From: Octopus sinensis
Taxonomy: Eukaryota
Length of the DNA stretch: 64,000 nt
Assembly: GCF_006345805.1 (NCBI RefSeq)
Contig: NC_042997.1
Span: 186,000,001-186,064,000, forward strand
Direction of reading: 5' to 3'
Part shown: one piece after another, positions 12,344 through 26,202 of the stretch
Layout: each line of letters opens with the position of its first letter
Numbering within the stretch: the first letter of the stretch is position 1
Notes under the pieces: generated by a model
What the model was told of the DNA's origin: nothing
What the model saw: the letters and a program-made list of their open reading frames with translations, nothing else
The model's database searches: none
Made by a program: the position numbers and the translations under genes

Positions 12344-12593
12344 GCATATAAGAACTATATTAACTTCAAACTGTCGCTATAAAGGCGTCCAAATGTATTT
12401 TCTCGTACGTTGCTTTATGTTAGGTGTCATTTTAAATGAAAACATTGAACCATTATTTGCAATTCTTTCCTTCGTGCTCATCAACACAGTTCTCTCAGTG
12501 AATGGTGGATGGATGAAATTTGTATTGCATTGCAGCCTTATGCACACACACATATAAACACACACAAATATTTATTAGTTAATATACAATAAG

Positions 12594-12908
12594 TGGCACG
12601 CCATCCCATACGACAACGTGGGTTCCAGTTGCTCCGATCAACGGAACAGCCTCCTCGTGAAATTAACCTGTGACTGAATACTTCATAGATACGTGTACCT
12701 TTAACGCAGTTCTCGGGGAGATTCAGCGCAACGGAAAATGTGACAAGGCTGGCCCTTTGAAATACAGGCACTACTCATTTTTGCCAGCTGAGTGGAGTGG
12801 AGCAATATGAAATAAAGTGTCTTGCTGAAGGACACAACGCTTCGTCGGGAAGAGAACTCACGATTTTATGATTGTCAACCGAATACCCTAACCACTAAGC
12901 CACGCGCC
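12594..12908 (-). mobile_element. SINE family D (tRNA-derived head, TGTGTCCTT-AGCAAGACACTTT domain)
   Basis: Minus strand GGCGCGTGGCTTAGTGGTTAGGG head; related copies at 22625-22881, 27596-27745 and 47893-48178. Confidence 0.85.
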
Positions 12909-13229
12909 TTCATATAATCTACAATGTATATAAAATATACAGTAATTATTATTTACAATATATGTATAGAGAGAGAAGCGGAGAGAGAGAGAGACAGAGA
13001 AAGGGAGAGAGTGGGAAAGAGTAGAGAGAGATTGAGACAAATCCAAAGTAGACACCACTACGAGCGAAATCATGACATTTGATGCAATTAAATACTTCAT
13101 TTAGTATTTAGTAGACATACCTAGTGCAGTTTCTAATGATTTAACCCGTTTAGGCATCGTACTAATGAGTAGTATCTGCACAATTAAAACAGAATAATGA
13201 GGGGTATCTATTTACTTCTGCGATGTCTC

Positions 13230-13315
<86 letters not shown>

Positions 13316-13992
13316 CGCACTCACACTCACAAATGTATATATGTACGAACATACGCACATAAGTACATATTTATACATGGATATATTTACTGTGTGTGGC
13401 GACTTGTCATATATTCTTCGTTGGTTGTTCAATGTTAGGTACATTGCGTGTGAACTACAATGTCAACACTAAAATTTAATTAAGTTTTCAAATATTTTAT
13501 TATGCCGTATCGTTTATATTTACAAGTGTACAGCCAATAAATTAATGGAACAACTTTCAGCGGACTTAGAAATCTTCTGTAATACAATTTGCTAAGATAA
13601 CATTATGAGAAAGTAGTGCAAGGAATTTAAATCACTGCGTTACGCGGCGCTACAACATAAGGTTGTTGACTTTTGTTGAGTACGACATAAAAAATGTTAC
13701 ATAAGAAAAGTGAAACAGAAGAAGAGACAACCTCACTGAGACATCACATAGGTCGAATTCGCTGGTTTTTTACAGCTGTAAGCTATCATTCTAGAACCTT
13801 CAGCATAATCTTTGGGAAAGCTCTCATACTTCCTTTTGATGCGTTCGTCAGTCATAATAAGCCAGACTGTGAGAGTCATATTCACACAGGCGTCAATATA
13901 TTTTATAATGGCACTTTTCTTTTTATGAGATAACGTAAGTCATAGTTCTGGACTACGACTATGGTTTAACACTCAACAGAATCCCTTCTTAT

Positions 13993-14505
13993 TTATTTAT
14001 TGCCCACAAGGGGCTAAACACAGAGGGAACAAACAAGGACAGACAAAGGGATTAAGTCAATTACATCGACCGCAATATGTAACTGGTACTTAATTTATCG
14101 ACCCCGAAAGGATGACAGGTAAAGTCGACCTTGGCGGAATTTGAACTCAGAACGTAACGGCAGACGAAATTCCGCTAAGCATTTCGCCCGGCGTGCTAAC
14201 GTTTCTGCCTTTCTACACAAACAAGCACTCACACTTATACACACACACCACACACACACACACACACACAGGGGTCGTATGTGTGTGTATGCGTGCGTTG
14301 GTTCCAAATTTTAGCACAGGTCTAACAAGTTGGGGTTAGCGGGTAAGTCCATTACATCGAACCCAGTATTCAAATGCTACTTATTTTATCGAATCCGAAT
14401 GGATGAAACACGCCTCGGTTGAACTTGAACTCAGAACGTAAAGATGGATGAAATATCACTAAGCATTTGTCTGGTGCTGTAACGATTCTGCCAGCTCGCT
14501 GCCTT
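13993..14505 (-). mobile_element. SINE family B, two copies separated by (CA)n
   Basis: 13993-14209 and 14302-14505 match the family B consensus. Confidence 0.88.
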
Positions 14506-14574
14506 TATATTTGTTAAATGTTTGTAAGTATCCGAGTATGTGCGTGTGTCAGTATGTTCATGAATGTGTATATG

Positions 14575-14642
<68 letters not shown>

Positions 14643-15515
14643 TGTGTGTCTGTGTGTGTATGTGTTGTGTGTGTCTGTGTCTGTGTGTCTGTGTGCGTAT
14701 GGGTATGTATGCATAACTTGTCTGGCTTAATTAACCCAATCCTCTTCCAACGTAAAATGATGTTGCCAAGAGGAAAAAAAATCAATTCATGTCGAAGATT
14801 AATTTTTGCAACCAAACTACAATGACAGCTTTATCTAAAACCATCCAGACATCCAATACATACGAAACCGTTAACTTAAGCACACATCTATGCACACATC
14901 CATACTCCTCACATCCCTTTTGAGTTGGATACACTAACTCATAAGTATAATGACATTAAGCAATTAAAATAAAACGTTTTTATAATAAAACATGAAGAAC
15001 AGTGACAGAATTATTTTTAGTGTTATAAAAAAATCTTCTTCCACATTGTTCAACCCTGTAAATCATGCTGAGTTATATGTCAAGAACAAAAATATTAAAG
15101 AACTTGAGGTCAAAATATTTAGGATTGTACGTTGTCAAAATCTTTCAAATTAAAAGTTTGATGTCTGCTGCTGTATTCTAAAAAGAAGTTTTAATTCTTA
15201 CCTTGTTAAAGATTTTGTTCTTTAATAAGCTTTCCTGTCGCCAATTGACAAATGTTTCAGTTAAATATTTCTTATACCCTTATTCGTCAGACGTTTGTCA
15301 ATCATAGCAATTTTATAAATTTTGATATGTGATAACCTGGCGTGTGATGGTTCTATGTGTCGAAAGATATCTAATGGTTCAACATGTAATATCCAGTCAT
15401 TAGTTGGTTATTTGATAGATTCTTTAACCTTTAACCCATTTATTTATCATATTTCTGTTGAAATGTACTACTTTTGTGTCAATTAATTTTGAAAATAATG
15501 AAGAATATATATATA

Positions 15516-16298
15516 TTCTTTCTTACTCTGGGCACAAGGCCCGATATTTTTGGAAAGTATCAGTCGATTAGATTGATCCCAGTACGCAGGAGGGGGACAA
15601 GTCGAATATATTGACTCCAGTGTTTCACTAGTACTTAATTTATCGACCCCGCAAGGATGAAAGGGGTCGGCGGAATTTGAACTCAGAACGTAAGGACAGA
15701 CGAAGCACCGCTAAGCATTTAGCCCAGTGTGCTAACGTTTCTGCCAGATCCTCGCGTTGAAGAATATATATATTCTTTTCTACTCTAGGTACAAGGCTCC
15801 AAATTTTGGGGGAGGGAACCAGTCGAGTAGATCGACTTCAGTACGCAACTGGTACTTAATTTATCGACTCCGAAATGATGAAAGAGAAAGTCGACCTCGG
15901 TGAAATTTGAACTCAGAACATAAAGACAGACGAAATACCTATTTCTTTACTACCACAAGGGGCTAAACACAGAGAGGACAAACAAGGACAGGAAACCGAT
16001 TTATATCGATTATCTCAACCCTAGTGCGTAACTGGTACTTATTTAATCGACCCCGAAAGGAAGAAAGGCAAAGTCGATCTCAGCGGTATTTGAACTCAGA
16101 ACGTAACAGCAGACGAAATACCTGTTTCTTTATTACCCACAAGGGGCTAAACATAGAGGGGACAAACAAGGACAGACAACGGGATTAAGTCGATTACATC
16201 GACCCCAGTGCGTGAATTTGAACTCAGAGCGTAACGGCAGACGAAATACGGCTACGCATTTAGCCCGGCATGCTAACGGTTCTGCCAGCTCGCCGCCT
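15516..16298 (-). mobile_element. SINE family B multimer cluster
   Basis: One monomer (15516-15758) plus a trimer (15773-16298); GAAGAATATATAT repeated at about 15501, 15759 and 16300. Confidence 0.9.
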
Positions 16299-16381
16299 TG
16301 AAGAATATATATGTTATAATAACTTTTGTTGTTATTAATCTAGTGTTTGGAATAAAAATTAAAATGGATATAAAGTAACGG

Positions 16382-16835
16382 GTGCAGGCGTAGCTGTGTT
16401 GTAATAAGCTTGCTTATTAACCACATGGTTCCGGGTTCAGTGGCACCATGGGTAAGCATCTTGTACTATAGCCTCGAGCCGACCAAAGCTTTGTGGGTGG
16501 ATTTGGTAGACTTATTTTCTTCTTTTTAAGCCTTGTACTTATTCTATCAGTTCCTTTTGGCAAACCGCTAGGTTACGGGGTCATAAACACACCAACACCG
16601 GTTGTCAAGCAGTAATGGGTGGGGGCACAAACACAGATATATACACACACACACACGTAATATATATGTTGAGCAAGCAACTTCTGCTATATCCTCGGGT
16701 CGACCAAATCCTGTCAAAATACTAGACTTAAAAAGAAAAAGAAGTCCGGGGGGGGGGGGGCATTTGTTTGACTAAAACCCTTCAAGGCAGTGCTCCAACA
16801 TGACTGCAGACAAATTTCCGAAACAAATAAAAGAA
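16382..16835 (+). mobile_element. SINE family A, diverged and scrambled with internal inversion
   Basis: Head 16382-16511 (+), middle about 16512-16640 (-), short repeated 5' piece about 16670-16712 (+), tail about 16718-16835 (+). Confidence 0.75.
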
Positions 16836-17298
16836 TGGAATTTTGCTGGTAGATTTTAATTTCGATCCCTTTGAAACAGAATTTGTATCAATAACTAGAA
16901 ATGGTTTCAAATAGGTTGTTATCCGAAAAAAGGGTTAATGATTGGGTGTATTATGCTTGATAACTATTGATCATATATATTCTCGAATACGTAATACACC
17001 TCACTTCTCTGAAAAAATTACGCAGTAAAGAAGCCTCATGGTTTCTAGTGAAGGCCTAGTTAATTCTATGGATGCTATTTCTGAACACTGATCTTTTGAA
17101 TTACTGCGATTTTCTGCGATTTCTTCAAAATTTTTTGCAGTTTTTCAGTGGAGCATTTATTTTTGTGTGGGTTAGATAAATTTCCATATTAACACTAGTA
17201 ATACTGTATAAAGCTCTGAGCAAGAAACAAGCTTATGGCTACTATCAGTTAAATAGAGAATAAAGATAGCTCTGTGGATAATGTATTTGACAGGCGTA

Positions 17299-17712
17299 GG
17301 CGTAGGAGTGGCTATGTGGTAAGTAGCTTGCTTACCAACCACATGGTTCCGGGTTCAATCCCACTGCGTGGCACCTTGGGCAAATGTCTTCTACTATAGC
17401 CTTGGGCCGACTAAAGCGTTGTGAGTGGATTTGGTAGACGGAAACTGAAAGAAGCCCGTCGTATATATGTATATATATATGTATGTGTGTGTATATGTTT
17501 GTGTGTTTGTGTTTGTCCCCCCGACATCGCTTGACAACCGATGGTGGTGCGTTTACGTCCCCGTAACTTAGTGGTTCGGCAAAAGAGACCGATAGAATAA
17601 GTACTGGGTTTACAAAAGAATAAGTCCTGGTGTCGATTTGCTCGACTAAAAGGCGGTGCTCCAGCATGGCCACTGTCAAATGACTGAAACAAGTAAAAGA
17701 GAGTAAAGAGAG
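17299..17712 (+). mobile_element. SINE family A, full length
   Basis: Matches consensus from head to GTAAAAGAG tail. Confidence 0.93.
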
Positions 17713-18262
17713 AAAGAGAAAGGCGATTTGAGGGTGATGTTTTCAAAAGACTTACTGCCATCTCGAAACATTTTCGGCTGACTGAATTTACTCTACAGAT
17801 TTCATTTCATTTATCTGTCTGTAATAAGAATGAGCGTTTCTTGTAAATTCACCAAGAATAAAGTAACACTCTGTCTAATGAGGGATTTATTTCTCATCTA
17901 CTTAAAACTACAGAAATGGAAGTTAAGTAGTGACGCTATGAAATCCCTGTGGTTTGCCGAATTTCTGGTGTTTGAACTTATATGTACCCAAGGGAAGAAG
18001 AAAATTTCTCTATAAGGGCTAAAATGTCTGTGAGATGTAAGGCAGGTGAGTGGAGGGCTATAATTAATAAGGTAACAATAACGACTTGAGAAGTTCACCA
18101 TAACTATGTTGAAGAGGTTTTCCATTTTCGTTGGAACGCTAGAAGAGCATTGCTCAAGTAGCCGTAACATTGAAGGAACATTTTCAAACTAGTGAGGAGT
18201 TGTGTATAAATTCCACTTTTCTTAGCAACCAGATATTTCAGTATGTGAGAACTTGACTTATA

Positions 18263-18326
<64 letters not shown>

Positions 18327-18370
18327 GTTATAGTTGTTATTGTTGTTGTTATTGTTGTTGTTGTTATTAA

Positions 18371-18584
18371 GGCGGTGGGCTGACAGAATCGTTAGCACGC
18401 CAGGCGAAATGCTTAGCTGTATTTCGTCTGTCTTCACGTTCTGAGTTCAAATTCCGCCGAGGTCGATCGACTTTGCTTTTCATCTTTTCGGAGTTGATAG
18501 ATTAAGTACGAATGAATAAAAGGGGTCGATTTAATCGACTATCCCCTCCTCCAAAGTGACTGCACTTGTGGCAAAATTTGGAGC

Positions 18585-18585
<1 letters not shown>
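18371..18585 (+). mobile_element. SINE family B between (TTA)n tracts
   Basis: GGCGGTGGGCTGACAGAATCGTTAGCACGCC head and central domain. Confidence 0.88.
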
Positions 18586-18656
<71 letters not shown>

Positions 18657-19188
18657 TAAAGCGTGTTAGTAGGAAGATCATACGACATAATGTTACTTAT
18701 TTGTGCCTACATCACATTACAATTTAAAAACAATTATTCACTATCAAATTTTTTTAATAGAATCAAGAGGAACTTGAACAAACTTACGTTCAAGAAAACA
18801 TGCAACATAATTAACTCTAAATTAGAATTAAGCAAATGAAATTAAGCTGATTCGATGATTTATTTTGTTCTTTGATATGTTTCTACGGTAATCAAAAATA
18901 AGTAATATGTAAAGTTACACTTTGACCTGTGAATATCTTAAAGTGTCAGTCAGTAGTCCTGATATCCTAATTGAAAGATCTCAAGTACTAATAATTAGGA
19001 GAGCGTAGGCGTCTAAAGCAGTCCTTTGTGGTCTGGAATCAGTAATAACAAGAAATCAAAGGTGAGAAATATCCAAGACATCACTAATTAACAGACTAAT
19101 AAAGAAGAAATGTCACTCTTGAGAAGTTTACCGATGTTATTATTTGAATTTGTCTAATCAGGTAATTATTTTCAAATCAGAAAATATA

Positions 19189-19420
19189 TATTTCTTTACT
19201 ACCCACAAGGGGCTAAACACAGAGGGGACAAACAAGGACAGACACACGGATTAAGTCGATTACATCGGCCCCAGTGCGTAACTGGTACTTAATTTATCGA
19301 CCCCGAAAGGATGAAAGGCAAAGTCGACCTCGGCGGAATTTGAACTCAGAACGTAACGGCAGACGAAATACGGCTACGCATTTCGCCCGGCGTGCTAACG
19401 ATTCTGCCAGCTCGCCGCCT
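19189..19420 (-). mobile_element. SINE family B, young full-length copy
   Basis: Close to consensus; GAAAATATA direct repeats on both sides. Confidence 0.93.
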
Positions 19421-19751
19421 TGAAAATATAAGCTCTTCAACTCTAAGAGAGAACTTCTGTAATCTTAACAGTTGTGAGTTGAATTTGTTTCGCTGAAGAG
19501 GTTTATTAAGACCGAAATATAGGTTAACCTGTCACTGTTGCTGCATTAAGCTTTTGGCCCTTTGAAATCTTGTGAGTTGTCTCCTTTTCGGAATAATTTC
19601 CATTAACACTAAGGAATGATTTTCCATAGGTTCATAATTTCACTTGCTTATATCTTATTTAAAAATGTATGGAATTGTGCACACAACTGTATGTTTTCCC
19701 TTAGGAAAGGACTTTTGGTTCGTTTAGCAGTAACTAGTAACAGTCTAAAAC

Positions 19752-19855
<104 letters not shown>

Positions 19856-20353
19856 TTACTCTTTTACTTGTTTCAGTCATTTGACTGCGGCCATGCTGGA
19901 GCACTACCTTTAGTCGAATAAATCGACCCCCAGGACTTATTCTTTGTAAGCCTAGTGCTTATTCTATCGTTCCTAGTGCTTATTCTATGGTTCTGGGTTC
20001 AGTCCCACTGCGTGGCACTTTGGGCTAGTGTCTTCTTCTATAGCGTCGGGCTGACCAAATCCTTGTGAGTGGATTTGGTAGACGGAAACTGAAAGAAGCC
20101 CGTCGCATATATGTATATATATATATATGTTTGTATATGTTTGTGTGTGTGTGTTTGTCCCCTCAACGTCGCTTGACATCGGTGCTGGTGTGTTTACGTC
20201 CCCGTAACTGAGCAGTTCAGCAAAAGAACCCGATAGAATAAGTACCAGGCTTCCAAAGAATAAGTCATGGGGTCGATTTTCTCGACTAAAGGCGGTGCTC
20301 CAGCATGGCTGCAGTGAAATGACTGAAACAAATAAAAGTAAAAGAGTAAAGAG
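19856..20353. mobile_element. SINE family A: inverted 3' fragment fused to a 5'-truncated copy
   Basis: 19856-19968 is the minus-strand 3' end; 19986-20353 is a plus-strand copy; CCTAGTGCTTATTCTAT is duplicated at the junction. Confidence 0.85.
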
Positions 20354-20760
20354 TAACCCACCAGCTTTCTGTGACGTCAGTGACAGTATAGTTAGCTTAA
20401 ACCATATCGGTTTGACGGATTTTCGATCTGGCATTTGATAATAGAATACCTGTTGCTGATGATGTGCAGTTTAAGCTGAAATCATATGACACAACAATCC
20501 CATCAGACGAAATTGTTATCTGCCAATATATTCTGTGCTTTTTTTAGCACCTAATGTTCATAGGATTTCAGAGGACGAATTTTGTTGTCTAAGGCTTCAA
20601 AAACACCGCCTCCAGTTAGGTTGGATGAGCAAATTAATGTTCGCTACAGAAGCTCCTTCCGTTGCTAATAGCTTTTACACACACATATACACACACACAC
20701 TCTAACACACATACACACATACATACATATGTACATGCACACACACCATATATATATATA

Positions 20761-20792
<32 letters not shown>

Positions 20793-20861
20793 GTGCATAC
20801 AAACCTATATGTTTAAATACTTACATACAAATATATACACACACTTACACACACACATATA

Positions 20862-20934
<73 letters not shown>

Positions 20935-20991
20935 GTGTGCGTTTGGGCGCATGTGTGTGCGTCTATGCACTGATACACGCGATACACAGAC

Positions 20992-21042
<51 letters not shown>

Positions 21043-21082
21043 ATATATATATATGCGCATGAATGCATGTGTATTTATGTCT

Positions 21083-21136
<54 letters not shown>

Positions 21137-22005
21137 GTGTGTGTGTGTGTGGTTGTATTTTTATGTGTGTATATGTGTATATATATATGTGTGCATGTGT
21201 GTGTGTATGTATGTACACATATATACACACACTTACACCTGGATACGTATGTGTAAACTCACACAAACGAGCACCTCATGGTTGAGTAATTTTAACAAGT
21301 AATAACACATTTAATCACGTGTTGTTGCTAAATATTTAAAAGTGGTTGGATTCCTGTTAGAGTGTTAATTGTTCTTGTTCATTTCACAACAGTGTTTACA
21401 AATCTGTAATGTTTAATATTTTTGCAGGTTTATATGTGTGGGTATGTAATGTGTGTGTGTGTGTGAGGGCGTTTGTGTGTGTGTGTATGTGTGTTTCTAT
21501 TAATATTCTCTGTACGTACTCAGTCATGTGTATCTTTGCTGATATTAAAAAAATAAGGCATTTGCATAATTTCATTTGATCAAAAGCGTATATGAATGGT
21601 CTGTTACGAATATTGATGTTTTACCCGAAAATCTGGTTCTTGTTTAAAAACCAGTAAGGTGAGCTAAGACGATATACAAAATATAATTGTTTTAGTGAAA
21701 AAAAACAAACTATTAAATGTCGGCAGCCGATTTGAAATTACAACTCTTTTATGACTATTCAAATAGTTTCTATATTAATTCCACCCTTCTAGCCAGCGAG
21801 GGGCCCCTCTTCTTGGTAATCGATTTGCTAGCAACAGCGGCTAAATCCGTTTACCCGTCTGTAATAAAGGACATTTATTCATGTAGTTCATAAAACATTA
21901 TGTATGAAAAGAATAGGATGGTACCGACTGAAATGCCTTTCATTATATGCTTGCCTGATCAGCGACAGTCCGAGGCTACCTTCACAATAATAACATATCT
22001 GAACA

Positions 22006-22437
22006 GGCGCAGGAGTGGCTGTGTGGTAAGTAGCTTGCTTACCAACCACATGGTTGCGGGTTCAGTCCCACTGCGTGGCATCTTGGGCAAGTGTCTTCTG
22101 CTATAGCCCCGGGCGAACCAAAGCCTTGTGAGTGGATTTGGTAGACGGAAACTGAAAGAAGCCTGTCGTATATATATATATATATATATAATATTATATA
22201 TATTATATATGTGTGTGTGTGTGTGTGTGTGTTTGTGTGTCTGTTTTTCCCCTAGCTTTGCTTGACAACCGATGCTGGTGTGTTTACGTCCCCGTCACTT
22301 AGCGGTTCGGCAAAAGAGACCGATAGAATAAGTACTGGGCTTACAAAGAATAAGTCCCGGGGTCGATTTTTCGACTAAAGGCGGTGCTCCAGCATGGCCG
22401 CAGTCAAATGACTGAAACAAGTAAAAGAGTAAAGAGT
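22006..22437 (+). mobile_element. SINE family A, full length
   Basis: Consensus match. Confidence 0.93.
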
Positions 22438-22624
22438 ATAGCAATGGTCATACAAAGCTTATTTTGCTTTGGATGTATGTATTGGAATGTATTGCAAGAA
22501 ACGGCTTGGTTTCTTTCTCTATCATTTTACGTAAGTTCAACCTACATAAATTTCTGTGTGAAAAAGTAGAATAAGAATTTTGAAAGGTGTTTCTATAAAA
22601 CTAATTTTTAAACGTTGAATGGCT

Positions 22625-22881
22625 ATTGTAGTCTACCTGAATAGGTTATTTTGTGGAATATCAACAGTCGTCCATGCACACCAGCCTCCTCTCTCCTCAC
22701 GGTCGATGTTATCCAAGGGAAAGGCAAAGGCCGATGCAGCTTGGCACCAATGATGTCGCAACTCAGCTGAGTGAAATGGAGTAATGTGAAATAAAGTGTC
22801 TTGCTCAAGAACGCAGTACACAACCGGGCCCGGGAGTCGAACTCCCCACCTCATGGTTGTGAGCCCGACGCTCTAATCACT
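22625..22881 (-). mobile_element. SINE family D
   Basis: GTTCTTGAGCAAGACACTTTATTTCAC domain plus tRNA-like head on the minus strand. Confidence 0.8.
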
Positions 22882-23012
22882 TAGGAGCTTTAATATATAT
22901 GGAGCTCCTGTAGTGGTTGTGTTGGTTGTGTTTGTGGATGAAAGGTATGCATGCTAACAATCTAGTACACCATACGGGTAAGTGGCTCTGTGCTAATGCC
23001 AACCAGCCCAAT

Positions 23013-23286
23013 AGGCGTAGGAGTGGCTGTGTGGTAAGTAGCTTGCTTACCAACCACCTTGGGCAACTGTCTTCTACTATAGCCTCGGGCCGACCAAAGC
23101 CTTGTTAGTTAGCTAGTTAGTTAGTTAATTTTTGGCTCAAAAAGCAAAAAGCAAGGCCATGTAGGGGGACATGGAGTTATGTACAGGGTGGTGTTCATGT
23201 AAGGAGTTCAGGCCACTTGAGGTCAAGGGAGACTTTGGTGAGTGAATTTGGTAGACGGAAACTGAAAGAAGCCCGTCGTATATATG

Positions 23287-23323
<37 letters not shown>

Positions 23324-23572
23324 ATGTATATATATATATATATGTGTGTGTATGTGTGTATGTTTATGTGTCTGTCTTTGTCCCCCAGCATCGCTTGACA
23401 ACCGATGCTGGTGTGTTTACGTCCCCGCAACTTAGCGGTTCAGCGAAAGAGACCGATAGAATAAGTGCTAGGCTTACAAAGAATAAGTCCTGGGGTCGAT
23501 TTGCTCGACTAAAGGCGGTGCTCCAGCATGGCCGCAGTCAAACGACTGAAACAAATTAAAGGAGTAAAAGAG
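23013..23572 (+). mobile_element. SINE family A interrupted by an insertion at 23105-23238
   Basis: Consensus ...AAAGCCTTG|TGAGTG... is split by about 134 bp of foreign sequence. Confidence 0.9.
23105..23238 (-). mobile_element. Probable extreme 3' end of a LINE with (TAAC)n tail
   Basis: Minus strand ends ...GAGCCAAAAATTAACTAACTAACTAGCTAACTA; short reading ...KVSLDLKWPELLT* at its 5' side; nested in a SINE. Confidence 0.5.
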
Positions 23573-23762
23573 CTCGATGGCTTTTAGGTGAAGACAATGT
23601 AGGATGTTTGTATTCATAGGAGCCGCATCACTCATAACCGTTGCCCTATATGGAGTGATTTAAGGCACTAAAAGCCAAGAAACTAATCCTAAAAACATAA
23701 ATTTGGTTCTATGTTTTATTCCAATATTCTACAGGTTTCCATTATTACAGTGGTTTGACTAA

Positions 23763-23975
23763 GGTGGCAAGATGGCAGATTTGTTAGCACGCCCGGGGGT
23801 GGGGGAATGCTTAACGTCATTTCGTCTGTCTTTACGTTCTGAGTTCAAATTCCGCCAAGTTCGACTCTGTCTTTCATCCTTTCGGGGTCGATAAATTAAG
23901 TACCACTGGTCGATGCAATCGACTTAATTCCTCCCTCACTAAATTTCAGGCCTTGTGCCAATAGTAGAGAGGATT
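23763..23975 (+). mobile_element. SINE family B
   Basis: Consensus match. Confidence 0.85.
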
Positions 23976-24029
23976 ATTACATTGGTGACGTTTGTTTCAT
24001 GCTATGTTTTACCTTCTATTATTCGCTAT

Positions 24030-24102
24030 TATTTCTTCTTCTCCTCCATTTCTTCTTCTTCTTCTTCTTCTTCTTCTTCTTCTTCTTCTTCTTCTTCTTC
24101 TT

Positions 24103-24141
<39 letters not shown>

Positions 24142-24348
24142 ATGCTGCTGCTGTTACTACTACTACTACCACCACATTCACCACCACTACTACTACTACT
24201 ACTACTATAAGTACTACTACTGTTGCTGCTGAAGGCGTAACCGCTGCTGTTACTACAACTACTACTTCTACGTCTTCCTCACCCTCTTCGTCTTTTTTAT
24301 CTTACATTCTTACTTTCTTTTTCATCTTCATATTCTTCTTTTTCTTTA

Positions 24349-24400
<52 letters not shown>

Positions 24401-24555
24401 ACACTGCGGCTGCTGCTGTTGTTGCTATTGTTGCTGCCGCCACTACTTCTGCTGCTACTGTACTTCCTCTTCCTCTTAATCTTTTTCATCTTCTTCTTCT
24501 TCTTCTTCTTCTTCTTCTTCTTCTTCTTCTTCTTCTTCTTCTTCTTCTTCTTCTT
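24030..24555. repeat. Compound trinucleotide microsatellites (CTT)n/(CTA)n/(CTG)n
   Basis: Directly visible. Confidence 0.95.
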
Positions 24556-25169
24556 TCACCCTTATTCTAATTCTCATATTCCTTTTCCCTCCTTCATCAC
24601 CGTCACATAACCCCCGCTCCATTTTTTCTTCTTTTTTTTCTCTATTTTGCTCATCAAATCATTTTTTTTTTCTTCTGACAAAACATCCAAATGAAGGCTT
24701 TATTCGCAAAAGAAAGAATAAAAGAAATATAAACAACATCTTTAAAAAAATTTTCTATGAAGTTTAGTTTTCTAAATGTTTTTCTTTTATTCCAAGCAAA
24801 AAATTATTTTATAGAATATTACATTTTTTTTTACACCAATTCCTGGCAAACAATTTCAGAATGTTTCTTTAAAATATTAGATAAACAGGCGCAAATAATG
24901 TCATTTTAAGTTGAACAGCGATTCTAACAACATTTGATGTGTTTGTGTCGTAAAACATACGCTGATTATGACGATAATGAGGATGATGATGATGAAGATG
25001 ATGATGATGATGACTACGATGTTGATGACGATAAGAACGAGTCCCGATGACATAGATGACAGCGTGTATGGGTTACATTGATACGTATCAACATACGCTT
25101 GTGCATAAGCATTTATAAATATGGACAAATGCACAGTCGCATTTATATGCATAACTCAAGATGTTACAA

Positions 25170-25202
<33 letters not shown>

Positions 25203-25444
25203 ATACATACAATACATACATACATACATACATACATACATACATGACTGTGTGTGTGTGTACAAATTTAACGCCGAGTGAGCTGTATTTTGCAGAAAAT
25301 CAAGTTAATCTCGAAAGCAGGATCGCTGTGAAAACACTTGAGAAGATTAGGCTAATACCCTTGGAATGCGGAACTCAATATTCTAAGCTGTTTTCACAGC
25401 TATCCTGCGTCCGAAATTTATTTTATTCTCTGTAAAATATACCT

Positions 25445-25750
25445 TGGTTCAGTCCTACTGCGTGGCACATTGGGCAAGTGTCTTCTACGAAAGCCTCGGG
25501 CCGACCAAAGCCTTGTGAGTGGATTTGGTAGACGGAGACTGAAAGAAGCCCGTCGTATATATATATATATTAATATATATATATCTGTATGTGTGTGTAT
25601 ATCAATGTGTGTATTTCTCTGTGCCTGTGTTTGTCTCCCCCATCACCGCTTGACAACCGATGTTGGTCTTTTAAAAAATGGTAGTTGGCAAGCGAAAGAG
25701 CTTACTTTCTACGAACTTTTCGAAGTACACACAAACACACACACACACCT

Positions 25751-25782
<32 letters not shown>

Positions 25783-26105
25783 ACACATATATATACATAT
25801 ATATACATATACACATGTATGTATATATAATACATGTATGTATATACACGTAAGCAACAGACGAACAAATTAATGAAGGAGTCAATTTAATCGACTAATT
25901 GCTTAGAGCAAGCAGTGCTGCCGTCCAAATGCGATGTTTCATATCAGGAGAAGTGAAATCAGCTCGTAACTTAGCAGTTCGGCGAATGAGACCTCTAGGA
26001 TTAAAAAGTAAGCCCTGGGATCGATTTGTTCGACTAAAGACCTCCAAGGCGGTGGTCCAGCATGACTGCAGTCAAATGACTGAAACAAATAAACGAATAA
26101 AAGAA
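25445..26105 (+). mobile_element. SINE family A fragments (25445-25667 and about 25965-26105)
   Basis: 5'/middle part and 3' part are separated by about 300 bp. Confidence 0.8.
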
Positions 26106-26202
26106 CTAGGAAATACCTTTACAATCTGAAAATTTCGGAAAATAAATTTTTAAAAAAATCAAAAACCAAATAAGGATAAGTCAGCAGGGTTTATTGGAAT
26201 GT

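Noticed and set aside
17332-17761. Recurrent ORFs such as DGLLSVSVYQIHSQ...PRCHAVGLNPEPCGW suggesting a gene family
   Set aside because: Antisense translations of SINE family A.
19493-19521. CTGAAGA-GGTTT(ATTA)AGACC-GAAATATA hammerhead-like core
   Set aside because: Core and stem II are present but the flanks (TTTCG/GGTTA) cannot form stem I; at best a decayed remnant.
23955-24610. Mucin-like Ser/Thr ORF
   Set aside because: Compound trinucleotide microsatellite with no splice or domain support.
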